64,000 bases of DNA from Balanoglossus misakiensis (Eukaryota > Animalia > Hemichordata): contig CM082576.2 in the NCBI GenBank assembly GCA_040954595.2, positions 7,009,129 through 7,073,128 on the forward strand, read 5' to 3'. This document shows positions 51,901 to 64,000 of the stretch, piece by piece; within the stretch, counting starts at the first letter, position 1, and each line of letters opens with the position of its first letter. A model generated the notes under the pieces. The model made no database searches. It worked only from the letters and a program-made list of their open reading frames with translations, and had not been told where the DNA came from. The position numbers and the translations under genes are program-made.

Positions 51901-54900
51901 TTGATTGGAGTACAACATCATGTGTCATTGTTGTCAGAGAACATTACACACTTATGCAACGAATGAAACCTGTGTAAACTTTGAGCAAACGACAATAATG
52001 GAGAGACGCAACTTACTGCTGCCTGGCACAGATCTTTTCCATTTCGTGGATTTGGATTATCTTCCAGTACAGTGCCTTCATCACCACTTTGGGTTCAACG
52101 TACGGCCTCTTTGGTGCAAGTGATGAGGACGCCTGTTGAAGGGGTCCAGGCGGCGGGGGTATTCCTGGCGGTGGAGGTGGGGGTAGACCTCCTGGAGGAG
52201 GGGGTGGGGGAGGAGGAGGAGGAGGAGGAGGTGCACCTCCAGGCAGGGGAGGGGGAGGGGGTATTCCTCCCGGTGGGGGTGGTGGCGGTGGTGGGGGTAT
52301 TCCGATTGATGGTCTTTCTTCTGGACTTCCCTCAGAGGATGACAGTGATGACACAGCTGGAGTATTGGACACTGTTGCATCCCCTTCGGTCGGCAATTCT
52401 ATTTGAGGTTTTGGCCCCGTCCGTGGCGGCTCCAAGACTTCGACCTCATCGGGTCGCGAGATTGGCTTAACTTTGATTTTCACTTCAATCTTGTCGGTCT
52501 GCGCTTCGCTGTCCACATAGACTTTCTTTTGTTTCAGTTCGAATTCCTCGGCGATCTTCTTGAATCTGAGAAGATCTTTCGTACTGTCTTTGAGCGCATC
52601 TTCTAGCTGGACACTTCTCACTGCGTACTCTCCTCTCAGTTGAAACAAACTCAGTTCGTATTGTTCCTGTTGAGATAAAAATTGACCGTACTCAGGGGTT
52701 GCAGATTCTGTCTGTCATGAGTGTCAGCTGCGGACGAGACCAATCAATCAATCAGTCAATCAGTCATTCACCACCTTACCTGTAATTTCTCAATCTCTAA
52801 TTTGTGCTCCTTCTTCAAACCCATCACAATCCGCTGGTGCTCTGAGGAAAAGTAAGGCAACCATGTAAGAAACCAGCCAATGTAAACCACTGAAAGTTTC
52901 CATAACACACAATATCTTATCTCAGAATAAAAAAACATTTACATAATTAAAGCATACAGTTGTATCAGAAACATGCATTCATTTCATTACAATGCCAATA
53001 AGCAAACATTAATATATGACTATTTGCTGGTGAAATGTGCATGATATCTTATCAATAAGTTGACAATTTAAATGTTGCTTTATACTTACTTTTGAATTAA
53101 AAAATATAAAACATTCTTGACCATGACAATGCGACTTTGATTAAACTCGTTTGATGGTAGATATTGCAGACAATGGGCCATGATACATGTATATGTATGT
53201 ACAAAGCAAGACAAAACAGGTGACGTGTTCATATATAAGAGGCAAATGACAAATGCTTGGTAATGACATAGATGATGTATGTGGTGTTTGGAACATTAGA
53301 CAAGTTTGGCTACAAGTTTTACGTGAACATGAACACATGGAATCCCCATTCGTGTTGGCACCAATCGTTTGTGAGGACAAGCGTTTTGGCTTCACATCAA
53401 CCCTTCATTAGTTTAACATGCGCAATCCATATATGGGTTACAGCTCAAAGCTTATTCCATGATTGGAGCCATCGCGACAGACATGCAAAGCGACCAAATT
53501 TCACACAAAAAGACCAAAAAAAGTGATGCGTTTGTTTTTATCACTATGGGATACCCAGCGAACAAGGTACTTACATCATTCATACACAACATAATGTTTT
53601 GTCGCCTAAAATTGAGAATAAAGTCGCACATTTACAAATTACATGAAATCAGCCGTCTCCACATTCACGTTAAATGATGTGTAGCCAAACCCGTCTATCA
53701 TGATCTGGAATGGACATTTTCTTTGTTTCATTCATGATGAGATTAGAGTATGTACAGGAGATCTCATGGGAGATTAGAGTATGATCAATGGACAAATTCA
53801 TGATACCGTGAATACCCAGGCAGTCTTACCTCTCCTTAACACTGAGAATGGTAAAATTTGGGAGAAGTATACAAAATGTTATGCAGGAATGGAGAGAGAA
53901 AAAAACATGAAAAGAATCAAAAGATGAACTAGGGGAAGATAGTATAACCTTTACTACCCCAAAGAAAACCGATGGTATTAAAGGCCTATTGTATGAGTGG
54001 TCTGGGTTGATCCAAGTGAGTGTGGTGTCGGGGGGTGTCCAAGGGTTGGTAACTAGGAGGTTACTGTTAACATTTGTGATCTGGAACTCCTTGACTGAAA
54101 TCAAGGATACTGCAGCTGCATATAGGACACTACGATACATGTAACTACACTTTTTCTGTACTATCACAGGTACTTCTGATCTAGATCATATATGTTAGTT
54201 CCTTCATTTACATATCACATACGTTCCTATTTCAATATCACTAAAATACGATTGTGATAACATTTGCAAACACATACCAGCCTCAGAGTACTTCAGTCCA
54301 GCATCACTGGTCTGAGATGGCTGCGGAGGTGGCCATACTTGAGCCAATCGGCCGGGAGACATGACCTGTGATGCCTGGCTTGCAGCTGACTGATGGGACC
54401 AGTAATACATGGCATCAATCTAGTAACAAGAGAAATAGAAATATCAATGTTAACAGTATTTCCCATTTCATGTATGTATAATTCTGTAGTCTAATACAGA
54501 GTATAAATATCAAAAACTCCATCAATATTCCCTCACCATGAATCTATTGGTGTTCTTGTGTTCTTCCTCCATAGCTCTCAACACTCCGACTTCAACTAAA
54601 CTATTGCAAAACATCAGAGCTGCCGATCTCATGGTTTGCTGGTCACCGATACCCGAGGAAGAGCACAACCAGTCCACTAACATTTTGCCTGGAATGAAGA
54701 TGAATGCACTGACGTTATTAATTATAGCATTTGATTTTTTTTATCAAATTGCTTAAGCAAAGCACCCAAGCATGTATAGTGATTGAAGCAGTTCATAAAA
54801 TTCAATGCATTCTTACCTTCGAACTTCTCCATGTCTTTGAAACTGACCTTCACGTCAACTTTGCTTTTCTCTGGGCTCTTTGTTTCCGTTGCCATGTCCA

Positions 54901-56605
54901 CAGACTTGCCGCCGAACAGCCAGCTCTTAAATTGGTTCTTCCACGACCCGCCCCTTTCTGGCGCATCCTTGGTGGATGCGATGAGGGGCTGATCCACGGA
55001 CTGGGTTCTTGACAGTTTGTTGACAACTCTTTCCTCCCTCCTCTGTTTGAACTGCTGCTGGGGGGTGAATTTGAAGAGGGACTGCGGTCTGGTCTCCGTG
55101 ATGGTGACAGGGGGCATTTTGGAATTAGTAGCCAGACTGTTGTTCGGCTGGACAGATTCTGTTTTTGTGTGTGGCGGCGTTGTATTTATTTTCTGTTCGC
55201 GTGTCGGACTCGTGTTCTTATTCGTCGCCACTGGTTTGCACTCTTTCTCGGGACTCTCGCCAAACACATTGTCCTCCAAATCTGAAGATGACTGCTGGAC
55301 AAAATTCTTCTGGTGCTCCGTTGGCGAAGTTCCTATGGTGAAAAACCTTTCCTGGTTTCCCTCTTCTCCGAATTTGAAAGTCTCGGTCGGCGATGTTGGA
55401 GAGAAGAGATCGTCATCTACAGACTGGTTGAATTTGTAGACTTTGCTTTTCACGTTGTTCATCATGTTGTTCTCCTGAAGTATCTGCTGTAGGGAGAGTC
55501 GGCGTCGCAGTCGCGGAACGCTACCCGGCGACCGAAACGCCAGCCTCGACTTCTGCGAGCCACTCTCTGACTGGGTCCTGTGGCTGGGACTTTCAAATGT
55601 AAATGAGGGCGAGGCGGGGTTAAAGTTCAGAAATTCCTGGGGTTCTGCATCGATTTTCTTTCTCTTGAGGCCGGGCTCTAACAGGGGAAGACTATGGGCC
55701 GTGCCGGTGGTCGGGGAGACCAGGTTTCTGCTGGTCGTGATGGGGTAGTCCGTTTTAATGGCCCTGAATTTACTGTGAGCTGAGTTCGCATTCTTGGGAG
55801 TCAGTTCGATTTGACCGCCGAGGCACTCCCCGGTCTCGCCGTGTTTGCTCTCCTCCATTATTGTGGCGATGCCCTGGAGTTGGAAGTCGAGTTTGTCGGG
55901 TCTGGTCGCTGCTGCTGACTTTTCATGGGCAGGATCTTGATCGGGCAGATGACTGCATTCAAGTTCATCTTTCTCGCTGTCCCTTCCAGCAACAACACCG
56001 TCAGTTTTCGCACTAACATCACCACCGCTGTGTTCTGCAGATTCAGTCTGTAATTCTAAGTCAGCGACAGCAGCCGACTTTTCTCTCTCCGAGTTATCAT
56101 CATCACTTTTCTGAGTTGCGTTGTCTTGCACTGGAAGATCTGCTGGGAACTGTGCCAACTCGTCATGCACCTGATAGAATTCACTCAAACTCTCATTGTA
56201 TTTCTCCGTCACACTACCCGTAGAATCGGTTGGAGTCTGCGACTGACTGGAGCAGTCGACGCCCTCTCGTTTCTTCACCCTGGTGATGTCATGACCACCC
56301 GCAGTCCTCTCATTCCGCGTTCCCGCGTCCTGCTGGCTTTCATGTTGGCGACCAGCATCCACAAATCTTTCTCCCGATGCAGGCAAATCGTCTTCAGAAC
56401 TCCCGATACTTCTGCTTTCTTTCAACTGCCAGTACAAGTTGTCCAAGGGAGGCCTAGATTCTGTTGGCTGGTCATCATCAGTAGGAGTTTCTCCATCGAC
56501 AAAAATCTTACCAATGTCATCAGGGCTGAGAGCTGGTAAGTCTCTCCTCCAGTAATGCACAGGACTGAAATCTCCTTGCTCCTTACTCTCATCTTGTTCC
56601 GCCAT
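48948..56605 (-). CDS. FMN: Formin of the FMN1/FMN2/cappuccino class
   Basis: Large disordered exon 56605-54817. DEP-like exon (FEGKMLVDWL..., ~54688-54538). FMN signature PGRLAQVWPPP...GLKYSEA/EHQRIVMGLKKEHK. Polyproline FH1 at ~52300-52140. FH2 exons include MKALYWKII, VAKVLDNKRSQNVGILISSLRL, LDKPEQ, ILSLGNYMNG, GFALDILAKLKDVKS and FFGLWSPFCRDFK. C-terminal tail TGGLKAKVAAASKRKS*, stop at 48948-48950. Confidence 0.93.
52741..52768. repeat. (CAAT/CAGT)n short microsatellite
   Basis: Directly visible in a formin intron. Confidence 0.75.
53830..53841 (-). other. FMN: Candidate 12-nt frame-preserving microexon of the formin
   Basis: Minus strand reads ...ttttaccattctcAG|TGTTAAGGAGAG|GTAAGA. 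It has an AG-free pyrimidine-rich stretch of ~85 nt upstream and sits in a phase-1 intron. Confidence 0.55.
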
Positions 56606-58462
56606 TTTTCTACGCAGTCACTGATGCTTGTAAGATGCATAGATTAATTTGCGTTGATCCCAATAGTCCATACGACTCTAGTAACAATCTGAATCAATCC
56701 AACTTCTTCCATTCAGTATCACCTTGCAAACTTATCTGCAAAGGATCAAAGGTTATGTCATTACTTTTTAAGGTCAGTGAACAGAAGGGATTAAGGAATA
56801 TTTATACACTAAACCCTTATGGATTTTTCTTTGTGGTAACTGCCTTGGAGGATTTTTCTTGACAGTTCAAAGAGAACAGGGTGAAACTTGGTTCTCTGAG
56901 CCAATGTTTAAAAAGGGATACATGTATTTTCTGAAAAGCAGAATACCAGGCAGATTATAATTTATAAAATGTAGCTCAGTGAAGCCATACCAGCACTTAA
57001 TGTCACCACTTCACATTGTAGTTCCGAGTACTACCTGTACTTGTATGTTTGTATATCAACACACAGATCACTGTATTATCAGTGCAAAGTTAAGCACCAG
57101 GACAAAATTACAGAGACAGAGCATTAATTTTTTGTCAGTATATTTTGTTCTATGTTGTCTGGTGTCTTTTACATGGTAAATTTACTGGCAGTGAGTTTTT
57201 TTTTGTTTCACATATGGTGTCGTGTGTACTGAGTAAGGACACACTGATGGACACTCAAAACAAAATAAAAATTTAAGCTATTACCATCATGACCCAGCAA
57301 CCATTAATTCAATGCCGCACTTCACAACGTCGCCCCTTGCACCAGGAAATTACACCCGGACACATTACCGCACAAATTAACAACCCATCAACGATCCCAC
57401 CCTCCTGCTGAAAATGCAAAATTACTTGCTTTTAAATTATGCGTGTGATTTGTGATCAATTTCTGTCGTGACGATGACATATTGCTGGTTAAAATCAGTC
57501 AATACTACTTTACACCCTTAGCAACATTGAAATTCGAACAGACGTAGATATAATTTTATTGATATTTTTAGCCTTATAGAACCACTGCCAATTCAGGTTT
57601 TTCATTCACCGCATTTAATGTATTGTTTTTTTTAATTCATCCAATTACGACTGAACAATGTACCTAGACTTTGCATAAATAACCATGTTTATCCATGTGT
57701 ACACAGTGAACTCTCTCTCATTATGTGTACATGTATAAAACACTAACGTACATTTGTAGAGCTCTATATTTTTTATTATTCCAGACTGATTTCTGTACCG
57801 ACTTTTATTATACTCAGTAATCTTTGAACACAATTTCTCATCTGCATCATGCGCTATGTACACACTCTATATGTTTGCTTTGATGGCTGTTGAATGAAAA
57901 ATTGGAAAATTGAAAAACAAATTTTCCCACTGGTGTCTCTCGCTCTTTGCGCTTGAATGAACATGTAGAGAGTGGATGTATACGAGGGACGGTCAATTTG
58001 TTTCTATAATCACTGCCATATCCAGATAATTATTCCAAGTGGTAAATTATTATTAATCTCGGGCTTGGATGGATCAACTGAGACAAGTTCAAGGTGGAGA
58101 AATCCCATGAATGCGATCAACTCCGATTTCAAGAAGACACGCTGAAATATTGGGTGTAATCAATCATAATGTGAAAGGATTACACTCTTACAGATAATAC
58201 AGTGTACATCCTAGCATGATAATATTTCCCCCCAGAGAATGTATGTATACACTCATGCAAGTAATTTGGGGAATTAGTATTTACAATATTTGATTTGCAA
58301 GCAGCTTTTCTTCAGCACAGTCATAACTGTTGTGAAACTCGATATCTCTATTTGTAAATGAGTAGCTGGGTCCAGTTTTCTGTTCCCGATGGTTGTCATC
58401 GGAAACCAATAGTCTGGAAGATACTAGTCCGACAGCATTCTGAGAAAGAATACGACACTTAC

Positions 58463-58613
58463 CAGATTCAGTTTCTCGTTAGCAAGGCTTCATATTTTCC
58501 ACTTCAGTTAAAAAGCATTCTATCCCACCATCATCATAACAGGCTGTAGAAGAATTTCTGCACCTTTAGAAAGTTCAGGCTGCGGGCACCCTGTCTCTGT
58601 CAATATTTTTCCC
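58463..58613 (-). other. Putative non-coding 5' UTR exon of the formin (boundaries approximate)
   Basis: Flanked on the minus strand by acceptor ttcttttcAG and donor CTG|GTAAGT; no convincing coding frame. Confidence 0.45.
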
Positions 58614-61600
58614 CTGAAAAGAAAAAAATATCAGAAGAAAAGCTGGTTATATTTACACATGAATGCTTTTTGTGAAAGTCGCAGCAGGGCGATGGACGAG
58701 TTCAATGAGAGAGTCACGTAAATGTGCAATTGTCACAAATGGATAGGAGAATTTGAAATAGCATTTACGCTGTCTCTCTACTTATGTTATTTATTTTGCT
58801 CTTAAAAACACTTCTTCAAGTACAATGAAAGCGTGACCTTTTTGTACTTTTGCAATTTCAAAATCCGATGAAAGATAAATTTCCCTGCTACGTGTTTACA
58901 AAAATGTAGTTGCACTGTATTTTTCTTCGCTTTCTATGTCGAAGCACTCAAAACTAGATATAAGCTTCTTTAAACTGTAATTACATGATGAAAAGAGTTG
59001 CGCGATGAAATCAGCCTCACATTTCCAAAGACACGGTTTCATCAACTGTTATCATTTTACAATAATACAAGTATTAGTTTAATACATGAATGAACTCCAA
59101 ACATTCACTCATCTAGATTTCTCTTATCCTTAAAATCAACATGCTAATGCGTTTTTTTTTCTCTCGTACCGCTGAATTCGTATGCATTTTTTATTCCAGA
59201 CATCTGCCAGGAAAGCAATTGTCAATTTTGACAAATTACGCTTTCCTGCTTTCCCATCAATTACTGATGTATCCAAGACGGAATGTCCATGGATACAACT
59301 GCAGAATTCCGCGCGAAACAAAGCAACCGGAATAGCTTGGATCTACAGCTTAACAGCTGTATCTTTTGAGCATTCTTCTTGTATGATTTTACACCATCCT
59401 CTTGTGTTCTGAAGCTTTCATTCTGTGGATAAAATTAGTGTTGCATTTCCTATCCCTGGATACTAAACTTAGCTCAATACTGTGTTAGTTTGTATAGAGT
59501 ATAGTGTATACTGTATAGTGAGGTACTGATAATTCTTCCTTTAGAGAGAAGGTTTTTATATGTTAGTTAATGTGTCTACATTAAGTCATGTCTGACTGTA
59601 TTTCTGTTCTCTTCACAATAGGGAATTGCGTATCCTATTGATTCAGTGTGGCCTTTCTCAAACAAACATTCCTACACTCTGCAAGTGCTTCCCATTGTTG
59701 AAATTCTGAGTCAAATTTAAAGAGGTCAGACGGTGGAGAGATTGATGCGATTGGACAAAGCATAGAAATAATTGTAACTGTTATTTGACAGGTCTGTAAT
59801 TCTCAAAGTAGACTATGGCCAGTCATATGAGAGCTACACACCATTATAGTCCCTGTAATGTTTTGAGTGGGTTTTTCGTCAGTTTAAAATATTTACTCCA
59901 TAGTACATAGACAATTTATTTTCAGATGCACAATTCGCGTATTTTCGTGTCTGGACAGGGTTGCGAAGCAGCAGAATACATCACTCACAACATAATTTGT
60001 GAATTCTCCGGTTTGTGAAACTCTACTTGAAAATATTATTCGTTTTTATACTGAGAGGCAAGCAATGAAAATTGAAACCACTAATCTGTCAATTACAATG
60101 ACCCAATTTATACTGAAATTTGATAGTGGAGCTCGCCTCCTCACGTGTACGTTCACCTTTAATATTCCGAGTCTGATAGAAATAAATTTCAGAATACTCA
60201 GCCTGGCATTGTGATGCACAGAGGCAATTGAAAATGTTGGCTCTCAGAGTGTATATGGACATACACAATTCCCAAGATGTCATTCAGGAATGTGTAGTTC
60301 AGATCTAGTTACCCCCAGGGCATTATTTCAGTTTGCAGAAAGAGGAGAAAATAGATCAAAGCTAATTGACTATCCATGGATTGACATCTGATGTAAACAC
60401 ACCGGTAATTCTGTGCTGTCCATCAACGTTTAAGATCTACTTAACAGGTGGTTGAAAATGACACAAATAAAACTGGCATATCTGATGCAGTCATTTGATG
60501 ATACTCTCCCTTTAGTCTAGTGACTGAAGCAAAAAACGACCCAGGACTGAGGAACTCCATTGTCTTTTGTTTGAGGCTCCACACTGTCATCTTGGATGCT
60601 GGTAGACCAGCACAATCTTGCACACACCCCACATTCGCATTTGTGTTACCAACTGATTACATGCATAAACACAATGATCACTAAATAAAATGCAAAATGA
60701 TGCATTATTGATGGTTGGAAATACTAACATTTGGTATGCAACCAACAGACACTGCAGGGACTGGGTTTGGCCAATCAATCGACTCAAACTGTTGCTATGG
60801 AAACATGATGATGTCAAGACATATAAAATACCATCATCCTTCCCCAACAGTATAAGTATTCAAAATTCCCGATGGCTGACAATGGACTGTTACATTATGC
60901 GATAATGGGACAAAATATATGTTATAAGCTTAAAGTTAGACTGAATGACTAACTAGCTAAAGGGTGGTGGCATGGCAACCACACCCATTTAACCTTTTCA
61001 CAGCCGACAATTTTCATTGGTATACTAACCAGGGTTTAAATGAGACCCGTTCTAATAATAGCCCAACTTCAATTACTGGTGAAATGGCAACTACGCATCA
61101 ATTAACTTCGTGGGTATTAAAAAAACTTAAGTAATTTTTGAAAGTCATCGTTTGCGAAGACCATGATTCATTTCAGAGCTACTGGGTCTCGCAGTCACTG
61201 CACTGGCAACTTGGGAGAAGTGGTAGGCTGTCGAAGTTGACGTCGCGCCGAGACGTGAAATAACACGTCTATGTCAAGGGGGTACGGTTCAGCCCCCACT
61301 CCGACACTGGGAGAGGAGGGAAGTAGGGGGATCAGCGCAGTGCTGGCGTCATCAGGTCGATAAGGGACTGAGTAATTTAGTGACAATGACATTGACGGTG
61401 TGCTGCAGTGTGGGCGTTCCTTGGTGTTGCACGATCTTTCTGCTTTCTGCTCTAATAATTGGCCTATACATCGGCGGTGGCAGAACATCGAAAGTGCTTC
61501 CGCCTTTAAAACCCCATTCCCACGGCCTGGTATTCGTAACGGCTTTCATAAACAGCTATCGGCAGTGGCGCAAATGCCATCACAACCCGTAAGTAAAGTG

Positions 61601-61659
61601 GCAGTGAGAGTAGGTACCATCAGATGACTGTTACAGACAGATCGGCCGTTTGTCAGCAG

Positions 61660-61895
61660 TGACGTTGCTACCGTGGCAACTGTCCATACTTGATGCTACA
61701 TATATATCAAATGTCATACTTACCCCGTTGGCAAAATGAATGAAATGTATGAAATCTTTCCGTCAAGTATAGTCTCTACACACAGCTATTATCATTCAAT
61801 GTTTAGAAATTACCTTTCACGAAGCCAACGATGGTGGCGCACTTAAAGTTCCCACAATGCATCGTGAAAAACTGGGCTACACCAAGATGGCCGCG
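61660..61895. promoter_or_regulatory. Bidirectional promoter between formin (-) and MTIF2 (+)
   Basis: ZNF143/Staf-type motif TTCCCACAATGCA at 61849-61861. YY1/TISU-like CAAGATGGCCGC at 61883-61894. X-box-like GTTGCTACCGTGGCAAC at 61664-61680. Minus-strand donors near 61815 and 61723. Confidence 0.55.
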
Positions 61896-63964
61896 CCCAG
61901 GCTTGTAATGTTTCGTAATTTTTGGCAGACGACAAAATCTCTAAGCTGAGCTAGTAATTCGTACTTGAACGTGTGTTTCTGCTAGCATCCCTGCTGGTGA
62001 TATGTAACACCTGAAAAACGCATAAAGAGCTTCCTTTGAGCCTTTGATATTGTAAAATGCTACCCTGTTCGCCAACACGTGCGTTCAAGTCGCATGTACG
62101 TATCCTTGCATTGACCTTCCTGTCACCCCATTTACAGCGACGAGGGTTTTATTTTGGTAGACTTTCGCACACATTTACAACTTATCCCCGGTCGAGAGTG
62201 GCAATAATTGAGCGGACAATTGCTCCAGAAATTAGGACGATCAATGTAGCTACTTGGATTGACAGTCGAAATTACTCGTCCGGCCAAATCCCCGGGACCA
62301 AAATAATTCCGAAAAGCGAGAAGAAAGTCTTGTTTGGTGAAAAACCTGTATCGCAGAAGCCTAAGAAGTATAAGAAAGCTCTTGATCCGGCGAAAATTGG
62401 AAAAGGGAAATCAGTGAAAGTCGTCGATATAAAGAAAAGCATGACTATTCGAGAACTGTCAACAGCAATGGGGGTTGAGGAAGGTAAGCGAACGAAAGTC
62501 GACTCAGTTTTACTGGTAAATTAAAAGTCAATTGAATTTAAGGAATTGATCGACCATTTCAAGCACTGTAAATGAAAAACAAGATTAGCTATTTTAAGTG
62601 CCTATTTCAAATGAGATAACTTTACAAAGCAATACAAACTCTCAAAGTTACACTCTAATTTCTCACTCACTTCCTCTATTTCTTTCTAGATCATGTATAT
62701 GAAGCTATTTTATTGCGAAAAGATGCTGATAATTTCGACCTTGAACCAGAAACAGGTGAGAATTTACTATACATGTATTTATCCAAAGATAAAAGTTAAG
62801 AATAAGATTAATTTACAACATTGATAGCAAAAGAGAGCAAGCATGCCAGGTGTTATAAAACTTGTGACACATAATTTTCACAGCGCTTGATGAGCCAGTT
62901 ATAATTAATATCATCAAAAATTCTGGAATGCGATATCAGTATGCCAAACTACGAGAAGAAAAACCAAGAGAAAACAAAGATGTCTTCAAAAGGTACAGTT
63001 GTTTTATTTAGTGTCATTTCCAACTTAAGAATAAAAATCTCTATTCAGATGATGCAAATTAAAGGAATACAATCAGTTCGAATTTACATATGCCCTTATA
63101 TGGTCAAAAGGACATGTCTAAGTTTTCAAATGGCCATTGATTGGCTGGTTGTCACTTTTCATGGTGACCTTAACAGTACACCCATTGTCTTTCTGCTATA
63201 TAGGCCAGCTGCAGACCCGTCCTTACTCATCGGTCGTCCCCCTGTTGTGACGGTGATGGGGCACGTAGATCACGGCAAAACCTCACTCCTCGATACTCTG
63301 AGGAAAACATCTGTTGCTGCTGGCGAAGCAGGGGGAATAACGCAACACATTGGGGCATTTTCAGGTAATAAATAAAGTTGACATGTTCTCATGATTTTGT
63401 GCATGGAGAAAATCTCAAAGTCCCAATGCAGCTATTTACATGAGTTCAGATTTAGTTAAGAATTTGATAGTTTTTGATGTCAACTTGACAAATCACAAAT
63501 CATAGATGCATGTATACAGCTTTTTTCTGTCAGATCCGGTGAGATATAAATTGTCTTTTTTTTTACATTACAGTGCAATTGTCATCTGGAGAGGTCATAA
63601 CATTTTTAGACACTCCAGGCCATGCAGCGTTCTCAGCAATGAGGGCTAGGGGAGCTCATGTGACTGACATCATAGTACTAGTGGTAGCAGCTGATGATGG
63701 TGTGATGAAACAAACCATTGAATCCATACACCATGCAGGTGATGCAAAGGGTGAGTTGGTATAGATAAGAGTAGTGATGATAGTGGACTGGACACATTTT
63801 GGGATCAGAAATCTGGTAAACCTGACTTTCTCATTTCATTCCTTCAAATCCCAGAAAAAAATTTCTGCAGGCTGTTATAACTTCTTCATGGGGGTCTGTA
63901 TTTTCTCTTTTTCAGTGCCAATTATTGTCGCAATTAACAAAATAGACAAGTCGGATGCTGACCC
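61887..63964 (+). CDS. MTIF2: Mitochondrial translation initiation factor IF-2, 5' portion (continues beyond the window)
   Basis: Exons 61887-61904 (proposed), 62138-62483, 62690-62755, 62884-62992, ~63203-63364, 63574-63750 and 63916-63964. GTPase motifs [48 protein letters not shown] and VAINKID. Arg-rich presequence. An alternative unspliced start exists at 62057. Confidence 0.93.
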
Positions 63965-64000
63965 TGTAAGTTTTATGGAATTCTATTTGTTCACACTGAT

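Noticed and set aside
52072-52470. G-rich, G-quadruplex-like tract and antisense ORFs
   Set aside because: Fully explained by the FH1 polyproline codons on the minus strand.
55017-56539. Plus-strand ORFs of 137-140 aa
   Set aside because: Antisense shadows of the large formin exon.
61620-61650. Minus-strand GGCCGATCTGTCTGTAACA resembling the 5' part of 7SK RNA, near TATA-like and Staf motifs
   Set aside because: It lacks the paired GATC hairpin, the GGATG/CATCC closing stem and the 3' hairpin with a T-run. No telomerase template or RNase P/MRP conserved boxes were seen.
1-64000. Prokaryotic-type systems (CRISPR arrays, operons, defence islands) or autonomous transposons
   Set aside because: The sequence is spliceosomal eukaryotic DNA with no repeat-spacer arrays and no transposase or reverse transcriptase ORFs.

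Overview
This is intron-containing eukaryotic DNA from an invertebrate animal. The gene set and a single gremlin beside a single FMN-type formin suggest a non-vertebrate deuterostome such as a hemichordate or echinoderm, but this is inference. Seven genes were assembled by hand from GT-AG splice sites and exon phases: (1) the 3' end of an ACOXL-type peroxisomal acyl-CoA oxidase (+); (2) an uncharacterised type II membrane protein of about 538 aa with a tyrosine-motif-rich tail, coiled-coil stalk, short collagen segment and 6-Cys C-terminal domain (+); (3) an uncharacterised WD40-repeat protein (-); (4) neuroendocrine 7B2/SCG5 (+); (5) gremlin (+); (6) a formin of the FMN1/FMN2/cappuccino class (-); and (7) the 5' part of mitochondrial IF2 (+). 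SCG5-GREM-FMN lie in the same order and orientation as the vertebrate SCG5-GREM1-FMN1 locus. The best candidates for new biology are the orphan collagenous receptor, its splice-created uORF, a 12-nt microexon in the formin, and a duplicated inhibitory peptide plus an extra microexon-encoded peptide in 7B2. I saw no CRISPR array, rRNA, tRNA or autonomous mobile element. All gene models are manual and need transcript confirmation.
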